Notes under the pieces: model-generated | The model's database searches: none | Seen by the model: only the letters and a program-made list of their open reading frames with translations | Told to the model about the DNA's origin: nothing | Assembly (NCBI GenBank): GCA_029856435.1 | Contig: JAHQXB010000074.1 | Coordinates: forward strand, 1 to 41,661 | From: Candidatus Jordarchaeia archaeon | Lineage (GTDB): Archaea; Asgardarchaeota; Jordiarchaeia; Jordiarchaeales; Jordiarchaeaceae | Length of the DNA stretch: 41,661 bases | Reading direction: 5' to 3' | Position numbers and translations under genes: made by a program | In this document: one piece after another, positions 27,772 through 37,191 of the stretch | Numbering within the stretch: position 1 is the stretch's first letter | Layout: each line of letters opens with the position of its first letter

Positions 27772-28173
27772 TTTTTCACCCCGAAAAAATTGCCGTGGCT
27801 TAACTGTTATTAAAATATTATGGATAGGTATTACTTTCTTCTTTTTGTGAACTTTTTGTAATAGGAATTCTCGGTAATTTGAAATTATGAATTAGGGCTA
27901 TTTAGGGTGTGTAAAATGTGGATAATACTTTTATTTTTGGAACCGAGAAAGGCTGAGTCCCTGACTGACCTCTTCTTAAAAAGTTTTTAGAAAAGTAATG
28001 CGGGATGCGTTTTTAACAAAAGTTGTTAACTTCTTTATTAGTTCATCGATTGGGAAATCAATGAAATCCATGGTACGGTGAAGTTTTCCAAAGCAGAGTC
28101 CTAGTAACTTCCATAACTTGATGTGCATGAGATTCTAGATTTAAAATAGTCTAAAAAATTGGATAAAAGATTT

Positions 28174-28683
28174 TTAACTCATTAATAGTTTATTAATGCT
28201 TTTCTGGAGATTAATGTTGATTTTTGAAAGGTATCCTCTTCTTACCCCGAAATTTTCTAAGACGTCCTTCCCTAAATTGTTATTTTTTGTGTGATTGTAT
28301 TCCTCGATTAGTTCGTCTACGGTTTTTTCGAAATCTAAAAATTTTGAGGGGTCAACTTCGTCGTCAGTTACCGCTCCAAATTTATATACAAATTTTTCAG
28401 CTAATTTTCGCAATAATTCTTTTACTGGCTTGTCATCGCTGTTTGTTTCACATTTTGTTATTACTACAAAAATTATCTCGCCTAATGGATGGTAAAATAG
28501 CTTCAGAAGTTTTGTTTCCATCTTCACTATTTGGTCTTCGCAGAATTCTCTAAAAAAATTAAAAATCGCGGAAATGAAGCCCCCAATTAAGGCTTCATCT
28601 GGTGTATGCTCTCCGCGATCATATTCTCTGTGAAAGAGAGCGTAGCCGGTGTCCTTTATGACGTAAACTGCTTTGATGTTCAA
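28174..28683 (-). CDS. Stand-alone longin-like domain protein (Asgard-type eukaryotic signature protein)
   Basis: The pattern IKAVYVIKDTG.ALFHREY...LIGGFISAIFNF..E...I..ME...LK.FY......FVVI.....LL..L...F..KF...F.DFE...DELI matches longin / adaptin small-chain topology. Confidence 0.75.
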   Translation of the reverse strand: MNIKAVYVIKDTGYALFHREYDRGEHTPDEALIGGFISAIFNFFREFCEDQIVKMETKLLKLFYHPLGEIIFVVITKCETNSDDKPVKELLRKLAEKFVYKFGAVTDDEVDPSKFLDFEKTVDELIEEYNHTKNNNLGKDVLENFGVRRGYLSKININLQKSINKLLMS

Positions 28684-29010
28684 ATGTTTCAGCTCCCAAA
28701 GATTTTTTTCAGAGAATAGTTCTGTTTAGTTATTTGGTCCGTGTAAGTTTCCATCTCACAACCATCATAAGATTGCTATTTTTGAGTCTTCCACTACGCG
28801 CTGTTTTAGTTGGTTCCAGACTTTTTTCCCTATTAACTATAAAAACCCCTCCCAAAAAGTTGACAAGTCCTTATATTAATCAAGATTGAATACAGGGAAG
28901 CCCTAAACTCATAATCATTGTGTTATATGTTTAACTGCTGAATAGATGACAAAATTTATGAGCTATGTCTTATTCGTGGAATCGTAGAGAATTATGGAAG
29001 TAGAAAAACT

Positions 29011-29484
29011 ATGCCCGCTATGAATGCTTTTCAAATATACAAGCTTTTGCCGCAAACAAATTGCGGTAAGTGTGGGGAAGCAAATTGTATGGCTTACGCT
29101 GTTCAGTTGCTGAGTGGTAAAAAAAAGCTTGAGGATTGCACGCCACTCTTTCAGGAACCGAAGTATGCGGATAAATTAAAGCAGCTTCAAGAAATATTTA
29201 CCGTAACTGACGAAGTTAAGGAAACAGGACTGGTATTCCATGAGGACAAATGTACGGGTTGTGGAAATTGTGTAATGGTATGTCCTGAAGATGTTGCTGC
29301 TTCCCACCTTATTGCGGGTGGTAAGGGTTCCCGGGTTGAAGGGGTGGTGTTTCGTGTGGAGAATGGGAAGGCTAAAATAATTGATTTAACCAAGTGTAGA
29401 AGGATGGGTACTCAGAAGACCTGTCGTGTCTGTGAAATGTATTGTGGTACGGGTGCCATCGAGATTCGTTCGGTTGGTGGTTAA
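29011..29484 (+). CDS. Fe-S protein: N-terminal putative Fe-S domain (LPQTNCGKCG..NC) fused to a 2[4Fe-4S] ferredoxin, Fwd-associated
   Basis: CGKCGEANC...C, CTGCGNCVMVCP and C...CRVCEMYC. It lies 4 nt upstream of fwdB. Confidence 0.82.
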   Translation: MPAMNAFQIYKLLPQTNCGKCGEANCMAYAVQLLSGKKKLEDCTPLFQEPKYADKLKQLQEIFTVTDEVKETGLVFHEDKCTGCGNCVMVCPEDVAASHLIAGGKGSRVEGVVFRVENGKAKIIDLTKCRRMGTQKTCRVCEMYCGTGAIEIRSVGG

Positions 29485-29488
29485 ATCT

Positions 29489-30793
29489 ATGGCAAATTTT
29501 GTTCCAACTGTATGTGTGGGTTGTGGTCTTCTCTGTGATGACGTTGAAGTTAAGGTTGAGGGGGGCAAAATTGTTTCCACACTTCATACCTGTGCTCGGG
29601 GAGAGTGGACTCTGCGCAGAGCCCATAGCAATTCTCGTTTAACTTCACCACTAATTAAAAAGAATGGAAAATTGGTGAAGGCCTCTTTTGAGGATGCTTT
29701 GAGCCGTGCGACTGAGATTCTTTCGGAGGCAGAGCGTCCACTCCTGTGGGGTTGGAGTTCTGCAAGTGTCGAGGCTCAGCGTTTGGGGATTCTTTTGGCC
29801 CAGCGTTTGGGGGGTGTTATTGACAGCACTTCTTCCATATGTCACGGGTCTAGTATCTTGGCGGGGAGGGAAGCTGGTTTTAGAACTGCTACCTTGGGGG
29901 AAGTTAAAAATCGTGCAGATTTAATAGTTTACTGGGGTAGTGATCCTAGTCACAGTCATCCCCGTCACCTGAGTAGGTATACCATAATTCCGCGTGGGAT
30001 CTATACTCAGATGGGTTACGAGCAGAAACAACTTGTTATAGTTGATGTGCGTAAGTCTCGTACCGGTAAGATAGCTAACCAGATCCTTGAGGTGGAGCCT
30101 AACAAGGACTATGAACTTATTTCTGCGATGAGAATGGTTCTTAAGGGTAAAAATATTAGGGACAAAGAAGTAGCGGGGATTCCAGTTAAGGTCATAAATC
30201 AGGTAATTCAGACTTGGAAAACTCGGCAATTTGGGGTTATTTTTGTGGGGTTAGGGCTCTCTATGAGTAGGGGTAAGTATCGCAACATAGAAGTTTTATA
30301 CAAATTGGTTCAGGAGCTTAATGATTTCACTCGTTTTGTAGCGATTCCCATGGCTGGACATTATAACATGGTTGGATTTAACCAGGTGGCCACGTGGCTC
30401 ACCGGTCACCCGCTAGGAATTGACGCCAGTAGAGGAAACATATACTCCAATCCTGGGGAAACTACTGGAACTGAGATTATTATGCGGGATGAATTCGATG
30501 CGATGTTGGTTGTAGCTTCCGACCCTATCTCTACGATGCCCTTACCTATAGCACGAAAAATTGCTAGAAAACCCTTGGTAGTGGTTGATTGTTTAGAAAC
30601 TCCCACAACCAAGATTGCCGACGTGGTACTTCCCGCCGCAATGACCGGTGTAGAGGTTGAGGGAACCGCTTACAGAATTGATTCGGTGCCAATAAGGCTT
30701 AAGAAGTTCTTGGAGCCCTGTGGAGACTGTAAATCTGACGAGGAGATTTTGTCTCTTCTGCTTTCAAAAATTGAAAAACTGGGTAAAAAATAG
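29489..30793 (+). CDS. fwdB: Formylmethanofuran dehydrogenase subunit B (Mo/W-bisPGD)
   Basis: CVGCGLLCDD, CARG, SICHG (Cys ligand, not Sec), TLGEVKNRADL, HPRHLSRY, MAGHYN. True start is the ATG at 29489; the track extension overlaps the upstream gene. Confidence 0.92.
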   Translation: MANFVPTVCVGCGLLCDDVEVKVEGGKIVSTLHTCARGEWTLRRAHSNSRLTSPLIKKNGKLVKASFEDALSRATEILSEAERPLLWGWSSASVEAQRLGILLAQRLGGVIDSTSSICHGSSILAGREAGFRTATLGEVKNRADLIVYWGSDPSHSHPRHLSRYTIIPRGIYTQMGYEQKQLVIVDVRKSRTGKIANQILEVEPNKDYELISAMRMVLKGKNIRDKEVAGIPVKVINQVIQTWKTRQFGVIFVGLGLSMSRGKYRNIEVLYKLVQELNDFTRFVAIPMAGHYNMVGFNQVATWLTGHPLGIDASRGNIYSNPGETTGTEIIMRDEFDAMLVVASDPISTMPLPIARKIARKPLVVVDCLETPTTKIADVVLPAAMTGVEVEGTAYRIDSVPIRLKKFLEPCGDCKSDEEILSLLLSKIEKLGKK

Positions 30794-30839
30794 AAAGTCT
30801 TTTTATGTCAAATTGCTAATTGTGAACCTGTTTTTGTTG

Positions 30840-31283
30840 TCATTCGAGTTTTATTTGCATTTTGCAGTGTCCCACTTTGAACTTCTGTGATCCCGCTACT
30901 GTTGCCTTTTTGACTTCTTCTACTGGTTTTACTGCTCCCATAAGTATTCCTGGTAGGAAGCAAACTCCGCGTAATCCTTCTGATCTGAGTATTTCGTTTG
31001 CCGGGCAAACTTTGCATCCTTGGACTTCGACGTTCAAAAAGTTGTTTTCTATGTTTACTTTCACCTTTTCTCCGAGTTTGAGGTCGTTTTGGAGATAGTT
31101 TTCTAGCTCAGTTTCCAGCTCTTTTAAACTTATTTTTTCTTTATTTGCTATTTTAGAACCTAGTTCTCTGCCCAGTTTAACAAATATCTTCTGGGCATCT
31201 TCACCTAGGACTTTTACTAGTGCTACGTGGTATTTTTGGAACAAGCTTTCTGGGATTTCTTCAGTCACTTGGCATTCCTCCAA
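30840..31283 (-). CDS. V4R / methanogen-output-domain-like small ligand-binding protein
   Basis: GRELG helix, then CKVCP...CFLPGILMG...C, a four-Cys pattern typical of V4R-like folds. Confidence 0.6.
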   Translation of the reverse strand: MEECQVTEEIPESLFQKYHVALVKVLGEDAQKIFVKLGRELGSKIANKEKISLKELETELENYLQNDLKLGEKVKVNIENNFLNVEVQGCKVCPANEILRSEGLRGVCFLPGILMGAVKPVEEVKKATVAGSQKFKVGHCKMQIKLE

Positions 31284-31371
31284 AGTTGGAAATGAGTGTT
31301 TTATAATAAGCTTTTCTTAAAGGTTCAAAGTGTAAAAAATGTTCAGGAAAAGCTTTTTTCATGTTGTGTGC

Positions 31372-31974
31372 TTAATTTAGGTTCTTCTTTAGCTCCACTA
31401 GATATTTCTTAGTCATAATGGGATTGAAAGTGAGGCGTTTACTGATTACGAGGGTGTTCTGGTATTTAGGGTAGTATAATTTTAGACGGAGGTTTTTCTC
31501 CGTCCTATTTACTAGCTTATTTATTAGTGCTTGTGCCATCCTCCTAGATTCTAGGGCTGTGGATTTAAAACGTTTCACATTTAGACGTGTATTCCTTATG
31601 TAAACTATCCAGTCACCAAAAACAATTAAGAATACTAGAAGTAGGATTGGTGCGGCGCTGAAAAGTGGGAGCTCCATTCCTGTTTGGTGGATGCTGGTTA
31701 ATGTGAGAAATGTGGAGATAAAACCGGAGGCAACCACAAGAAGCATTAAGATTAGAATTAATCTGTAACCTGAAGATTTTATGTAGGTTGTTCGCATTTC
31801 TTGCAACTTCTTCTTTAAAAGAGGCCAGTTGACCTCCGCCTCTCTTCCCACTATGTCCATTGCTCCATCTAGGCTGGGATCCCTTAACAGCCTGTCTGTG
31901 AATAGAGGAGGCTTAAGTCCAGCATAGGCGTCAAACTCCTCTATCCACACTTTTAGCCTTTTTTCCAACAACAT
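31372..31974 (-). CDS. Hypothetical protein with two transmembrane helices
   Basis: 200-aa ORF with hydrophobic segments LILILMLLVVASGFISTFL and ILLLVFLIVFG; no recognised family. Confidence 0.65.
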   Translation of the reverse strand: MLLEKRLKVWIEEFDAYAGLKPPLFTDRLLRDPSLDGAMDIVGREAEVNWPLLKKKLQEMRTTYIKSSGYRLILILMLLVVASGFISTFLTLTSIHQTGMELPLFSAAPILLLVFLIVFGDWIVYIRNTRLNVKRFKSTALESRRMAQALINKLVNRTEKNLRLKLYYPKYQNTLVISKRLTFNPIMTKKYLVELKKNLN

Positions 31975-32123
31975 CTTTATCGCTTATCCCGGATTGCTAA
32001 AGCTAGAAGCAAGCATTTCGCGTATATTAAACTTACCCTATTATTAATCTGATATGCCTGTCAGGGGAAAGTTTTAAGATTTTTGTGTGTTACTTTTCTT
32101 TGTTAATCTAAAAGGGATGCCCC

Positions 32124-33227
32124 ATGATAGAGGTTTTTGAGAACCTTGTAACTAACCGTCATGTTAATGCGTTGCGATGGAAAAATAGTGGTAGGAAGAT
32201 TTTTGGCTACTTCTGCTCATATGCTCCTGAGGAAATTATTCATGCTGCGGGAATTATACCTGTGAGAGTGATGGGTGGTTCCGATGCTATTACCCTTGCA
32301 GATGTTCACCTGCCGAGCTATGTGTGTTCTTTTTCTCGCAGTTGCTACGATTTGGGTCTGAAGGATGTTTACAATTATCTGGATGGTGTGGTGTTCCCCT
32401 ATACTTGCGATACTATTGTTTCGCTTTACAATATTTGGAGGAAAGATATTAAAACACCCTATGTGGGCTTCGTGGATCCTCTGTGTGCGAAGAGGGAGAC
32501 TTCAAGGAAATATTTTCGGGAGGAAATTGCTCGCTTTAGGGTGTCGCTGGAAAAATTTCTGGAAAAGGAGATTTCAGAGGATTGTCTCGAGAATTCCATT
32601 GAAATTTATAATGAGAATAGGAAACTTTTGAAGAAAGTTTATGAGCTTAGAAAAAATTCGATTCCCCTCATTTCTGGGGTTGAAGCCTTAAGCATAGTTA
32701 GCTCGAGTATGTTGGCTCCCAAGGAGGAGCACAGTCGCCTGCTTGAAAACTTACTAGTTAAAATCTCAGAGAGGGAAGATGTGCCTGAGCCGGGTTTAAG
32801 GATACTTGTTTCTGGTAGTGTGATTTATGACTCTGAAATACTTAAAATGATTGAGGATGCCGGTGGGCTCATAGTAACCGATGATCTCTGCACTGGGACC
32901 CGTTACTTCTGGGATATGGTTAATCCCAAAGCTTCTCCCCTAGTTGCCATTGCGGATCGGTACTATGAGAGAATTCCCTGCCCTTGTAATTATCCTCCCG
33001 AAAAACGTTTAGAACATATTATGAATCTTGTAAAGGACTTTAAAGTTGAGGCGGTCATCTTCGTCTTACAGAAGTTTTGTGACCCTCACTTATTTGACTA
33101 TCCCTTTATGGAGGATAGATTAAAGGAGGTTGAAATACCAACACTTCTCATTGAAACTGAACATGTGACCTCGCCCATAGGTCCCCTTAAAACGAGAATC
33201 GAAGCCTTTTTTGAAACAATTCAATGA
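32124..33227 (+). CDS. 2-hydroxyacyl-CoA dehydratase / class I benzoyl-CoA reductase family subunit (HadC/FldC/BzdN-like)
   Basis: GYFCSYAPEE, AAG..PVR, VCSFSRS, TCD, DDLCTG, KFCDPH, TRIEAF.E. Confidence 0.88.
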   Translation: MIEVFENLVTNRHVNALRWKNSGRKIFGYFCSYAPEEIIHAAGIIPVRVMGGSDAITLADVHLPSYVCSFSRSCYDLGLKDVYNYLDGVVFPYTCDTIVSLYNIWRKDIKTPYVGFVDPLCAKRETSRKYFREEIARFRVSLEKFLEKEISEDCLENSIEIYNENRKLLKKVYELRKNSIPLISGVEALSIVSSSMLAPKEEHSRLLENLLVKISEREDVPEPGLRILVSGSVIYDSEILKMIEDAGGLIVTDDLCTGTRYFWDMVNPKASPLVAIADRYYERIPCPCNYPPEKRLEHIMNLVKDFKVEAVIFVLQKFCDPHLFDYPFMEDRLKEVEIPTLLIETEHVTSPIGPLKTRIEAFFETIQ

Positions 33228-33241
33228 TTGGTGGATGAAAA

Positions 33242-34441
33242 TTGGCAGAAAGAGGAAAAAAGTCTCTGGAGACTTCAAAAGAAGTCTTTAAGCTAGCCTC
33301 CCAACACTACTTGGGTGCGCATGAAGCCAAAAGGATGGGTAAGCCTGTAACTTGGATGACTGGATACGATCCTGTAGAACTACTCTACGCCATGGATATC
33401 GCGGTGGTGTACCCTGAAAATTATTCTGCGCTATGTGCCGTCACCCAAGTGGCACCAAAATTCATTGAGAAATGTGAAAGTTTGGGGTACTCTCGTGACC
33501 TGTGTTCTTATGCTAGAAATACCATAGGTACGACATTTTCTCAAGATGCTCCCTTTGGCGGCCTTGCTCCTCCAGATTTTTTAGTTGTTGCAAGGAAATT
33601 CTGTAAGACCCATGTAAAGTGGTGGCAAGTATTGAGCCGCAGATTTAACTGTCCCCTCTTCATAATAGACGCCCCATACATTACCGGTAAAGTGGAAGAG
33701 TACCACATAGACCACTACTTAGCCCAGCTTGAAGAGTTGATAGCGTTTTTAGAGGAGCAAACGGGGAAAAAAATGGATTATGATAAACTCGCAGAAGTGG
33801 TTAGACTGTCTGATAGGGCGAGTGTTCTTTGGGACGAAATTATGGAAATGCGCAAAAATGTTCCCTGCCCTGTGGGAGCCGCCGACATATTATCCTGTAT
33901 GTTTGGTATAGTGACTCTTCCTGGAACCCGTATAGCTGTAGAGTTCTATGAAAGGCTGAGGGACGAAGTTAAGGAGAGAGTTAAAAACAAGATTGGCACC
34001 GTTCCCGTGGAGAGGTTCCGTCTAACATGGGACAACATTGTCATGTGGTATAATGTGGGACTAACAAACTATTTTCAAAAGTATGGAGCGGTTTTTGTAT
34101 TTGAAGGTTACACCATGGTTTGGAGTGGACGCCTAGACCCTCAAAAACCATTAGAATCTCTAGCCAAGAAGTATCTAACTCCATTCATAGAGCTGAACAA
34201 TAGGGCCTGGTCCATGGTTGAGCTTTGTAAACAATATAAGGTGGACGGAGCCGTAATGCACTCCAACAGAAGCTGTAAATTTTTATCACTACTACAATAT
34301 GAACTAAAAGATATCTTGATGAAAGAACTTGGGATACCCTCACTAATACTAGAAGGAGACCACTGTGATGGAAGAGCCTACTCCGACGCCCAAATTAAGA
34401 CCAGAATTGACGCCTTCATGGAACTATTAGAGAAGAAATAG
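33242..34441 (+). CDS. 2-hydroxyacyl-CoA dehydratase family subunit (HadB/FldB-like)
   Basis: YPENYSA, GYSRDLCSYARN, CKTH.KW, HSNRSCK, LEGDHCD, TRIDAFME. Confidence 0.88.
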   Translation: MAERGKKSLETSKEVFKLASQHYLGAHEAKRMGKPVTWMTGYDPVELLYAMDIAVVYPENYSALCAVTQVAPKFIEKCESLGYSRDLCSYARNTIGTTFSQDAPFGGLAPPDFLVVARKFCKTHVKWWQVLSRRFNCPLFIIDAPYITGKVEEYHIDHYLAQLEELIAFLEEQTGKKMDYDKLAEVVRLSDRASVLWDEIMEMRKNVPCPVGAADILSCMFGIVTLPGTRIAVEFYERLRDEVKERVKNKIGTVPVERFRLTWDNIVMWYNVGLTNYFQKYGAVFVFEGYTMVWSGRLDPQKPLESLAKKYLTPFIELNNRAWSMVELCKQYKVDGAVMHSNRSCKFLSLLQYELKDILMKELGIPSLILEGDHCDGRAYSDAQIKTRIDAFMELLEKK

Positions 34442-34510
34442 ATTGATCCCTCCACTTATGCGTTGAGCCACTCGATTACATTAACCATTTGGGATGTTGT
34501 GATAGCTGTT

Positions 34511-35287
34511 ATGTATGTTGCTGGAATCGATATTGGAGCGCTTACCGCAAAATCAGTCATTTTGAAAGATGGGAAAGTGTTAGCTTTCACTGTTATTCCC
34601 TCGGGGTCAGATAGTAGGGAAACCGCACAGAAAGTTATGGATGCCACCCTAAGCAAGGTCGGGCTTGGCTTGAAAAATGTTGAGTTTACAGTTGCCACAG
34701 GCTACGGTCGTGTGAGTGTTCCCTTCGCAGATCTGCAGGTTACCGAGATATCTTGCCACGCTAAAGGTGCTTACTCACTTTTTCCCACTGCAAAAACGGT
34801 GATAGATATTGGAGGACAGGACAGTAAGGCCATAAAGTTAGGTGAGAACGGTAAGGTGGTGGACTTTGCTATGAATGATAGATGCGCTGCTGGTACGGGG
34901 AGATTTCTGGAAGTTATGGCTAAGGCTCTGGAGGTGAAATTGGAGGATCTGGGAGACCTCTCTCTTCAATCTAAAAATAGGGCAAAGATTAGTAGCATTT
35001 GCACAGTTTTTGCGGAGTCCGAGGTAATTTCGCAAATCTCTAAGGGAACCCCCAAAGTGGACATCATTGCAGGAATACATGATGCAATTGCCAGCAGAGT
35101 TTTTGGAATGGCCAGCAGGGTGAAAATTGAGAAGGATTTAGTTATGAGTGGGGGAGTAGCTAAAAATAAGGGCGTTATACGAGCCCTAGAAGAGAAGGTA
35201 GGGTTCAAAATTTTGGTGCCCGAAGAACCACAAATAGTGGGAGCTTTAGGTGCAGCTATAATCGCCCAAGAAAAAGTAGCAAAATAG
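34511..35287 (+). CDS. ATP-dependent acyl-CoA dehydratase activator (HadI/FldI/HgdC, ASKHA)
   Basis: GIDIG, ATGYGR, EISCH, DIGGQDSK, MNDRCAAGTGRFLE, CTVFAESE, GGVA. The ATG at 34511 fits the family start. Confidence 0.93.
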   Translation: MYVAGIDIGALTAKSVILKDGKVLAFTVIPSGSDSRETAQKVMDATLSKVGLGLKNVEFTVATGYGRVSVPFADLQVTEISCHAKGAYSLFPTAKTVIDIGGQDSKAIKLGENGKVVDFAMNDRCAAGTGRFLEVMAKALEVKLEDLGDLSLQSKNRAKISSICTVFAESEVISQISKGTPKVDIIAGIHDAIASRVFGMASRVKIEKDLVMSGGVAKNKGVIRALEEKVGFKILVPEEPQIVGALGAAIIAQEKVAK

Positions 35288-35439
35288 TTTGAAAAACTCA
35301 CCAAAGAGGGGTGAAATTTCAGATACTTTTATACGTCCATAGAAGATAGAATTTAACAGGTGTCACACTTAAAAACGGCTACTGATTAAAAATTCTGAAA
35401 TGTGACAAAAATCATTAAGATTGTTGGTGGTGTTGAGGA

Positions 35440-36828
35440 GTGGCTGACATAAAGCCGAAATATTTCACAGAAGAAGAAATCATCAATTTATTGTCCGAAG
35501 TGACTGATGAGGAACTACAGAACTGTCATAAGCATGAGCTTGTTCCCTCAAAAGATGTCATTCTGTATCAGGGTATACCTGGTGAGGCTAGAGTTAGGGA
35601 TTCCAAGGGTAATGAGTACATTGATTTTACATCTCAAGCTTGGACTCTGGGAATAGGCTACATACAGCAGGATGTCATGTTTGCCGCCATGGAGCAGATG
35701 AAACGCTTATCTCACGCCCGCAACCAGTTTCAGACGATTCCCCGCATAAAACTCGTCAACAAACTTTCGGAAATAGCCCCTGGCAACCTGAAAAATGTCG
35801 TTTTAAACACCCAGGGGGGCTCTGTGGCAGTTGAAGTGGCTCTAAAATTGGCCATGGTGAATAGACCAGCGGACCAAGATATTTTCATAACCATGTGGGG
35901 AGGATACCACGGCAACACTCTCGCCATGATGGCCCCCACACACTATATGCCCCTAGTAGTTCGGTACCGTGGCTTCGGAAGAGAACATTTTGTTAAATCC
36001 CCCTTCCCCTACTGCTACCGATGCCCCTTCGGCGAAAAGGACATCTCCGAATGCGGAAATCTGTGTCTAACCATGCTCCAAAAAACCATAGACTACGGTT
36101 GTCAAGGATTACCCATAGGCGTGCTCCTAGAACCCATCCAGGGACCAATGGGTGAAGTGCCAGCTCCCCCCGAGTTCATAAAGGGAGTCAGAGAGGTCTG
36201 CGATAAGAACAATCTCCTACTCCTCTTTGACGAGTCTCAAACCGCGTTCGGTAGAATAGGCACAATGTTTGCAGCTGAGTACTATAAGACAATTCCCGAC
36301 ATCATGGCTCTCACTAAGGCTCTGGGAGGCGGATTTCCCATGGGCGCAACACTGGCGAGCGAGAAGTTGGGCATGTTCACCCCCGCAGAGCAGCACAGTA
36401 CCTTCAGCGCAAACCCCGTCTGCTACGCCGCCGCCCTAGTAAACCTGATGCTCATAGAAAAGCTGGATTTGCCTAAGAGAGCTGAGGAAATGGGAAGATA
36501 CCTAATGAAAAGATTCCTGGAGCTTCAGGAGAAATATCCCATAATGGGTGATGTGCGAGGCATTGGACTGTTCCAAGGAGTGGAACTCGTAAAAGACCCC
36601 AAAACAAAAGTTCCCGCAAACACCGCAGCAGAAGAATTCGTAAATGAAGCCCTCAAAAGGGGACTAATACTAGACTTGAGCCAACCAGTAATAACCATAC
36701 ATGGAGACTTTTATAGAAACACCCTAACAATTAAACCCCCGCTAGTAATTACCCGAGAACAGATTGACCGCGCCCTAGAAATTTTCGAAGAATGCCTACA
36801 AACAGTTACTCCCCTCATAAAAGCCTAA
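35440..36828 (+). CDS. Class III PLP aminotransferase (omega-amine / GABA-transaminase-like)
   Basis: GYHG, LEPIQG, FDESQTAFGRIG, TKALGGG (PLP Lys), STFSANP, DVRGIGL. Confidence 0.92.
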   Translation: MADIKPKYFTEEEIINLLSEVTDEELQNCHKHELVPSKDVILYQGIPGEARVRDSKGNEYIDFTSQAWTLGIGYIQQDVMFAAMEQMKRLSHARNQFQTIPRIKLVNKLSEIAPGNLKNVVLNTQGGSVAVEVALKLAMVNRPADQDIFITMWGGYHGNTLAMMAPTHYMPLVVRYRGFGREHFVKSPFPYCYRCPFGEKDISECGNLCLTMLQKTIDYGCQGLPIGVLLEPIQGPMGEVPAPPEFIKGVREVCDKNNLLLLFDESQTAFGRIGTMFAAEYYKTIPDIMALTKALGGGFPMGATLASEKLGMFTPAEQHSTFSANPVCYAAALVNLMLIEKLDLPKRAEEMGRYLMKRFLELQEKYPIMGDVRGIGLFQGVELVKDPKTKVPANTAAEEFVNEALKRGLILDLSQPVITIHGDFYRNTLTIKPPLVITREQIDRALEIFEECLQTVTPLIKA

Positions 36829-36902
36829 AAAACTAAATCCTCAACTTTTCTTTTTTTTAAATATCCAAATTTACAAAGCTTCTCTTGCTTCCTCCCACGA
36901 TT

Positions 36903-36921
36903 ACCCACAATAATTGTGGGT
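36903..36921. promoter_or_regulatory. Perfect 8-3-8 palindrome ACCCACAA-TAA-TTGTGGGT, candidate operator or hairpin
   Basis: Read directly in the intergenic region between the aminotransferase and the FGGY kinase. Confidence 0.35.
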
Positions 36922-37075
36922 GCCTTTTTCATCTGGTTTTCCGATACATTTGCTGATATTTCCTATTGCGGTAGCAAAAAAACATGCTTATCTTAACAAA
37001 AAAGAGGGAAAAATCGCTCTCAGCACCTTGGGAAACGCAGTAGCCCGCCCTCCTCCTAAATTGTTCTAAACAGCC

Positions 37076-37094
37076 CGAAAATCTATTTATATTT
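37076..37094 (+). promoter_or_regulatory. Candidate BRE/TATA box for the FGGY kinase
   Basis: CGAAAATCTA-TTTATATTT lies ~100 nt upstream of the TTG start. Confidence 0.4.
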
Positions 37095-37191
37095 CAAAAA
37101 TATAATTAAGAAACTATTTAAGAAAGAAGTTTGATAGAGACTCATAAAAATTGAGAAATTTTATCCCTAAAAATATGGGAGGCTAAAAGAG

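Noticed and set aside
28013-28029. Palindrome TTAACAA-AAG-TTGTTAA
   Set aside because: Single AT-rich instance, ~240 bp from the nearest start, with no second copy.
29426-29488. N-terminal extension of FwdB in the ORF track; possible Sec in FwdB
   Set aside because: The extension overlaps the upstream gene and homology starts at the ATG at 29489. The metal-ligand codon is TGT (Cys).
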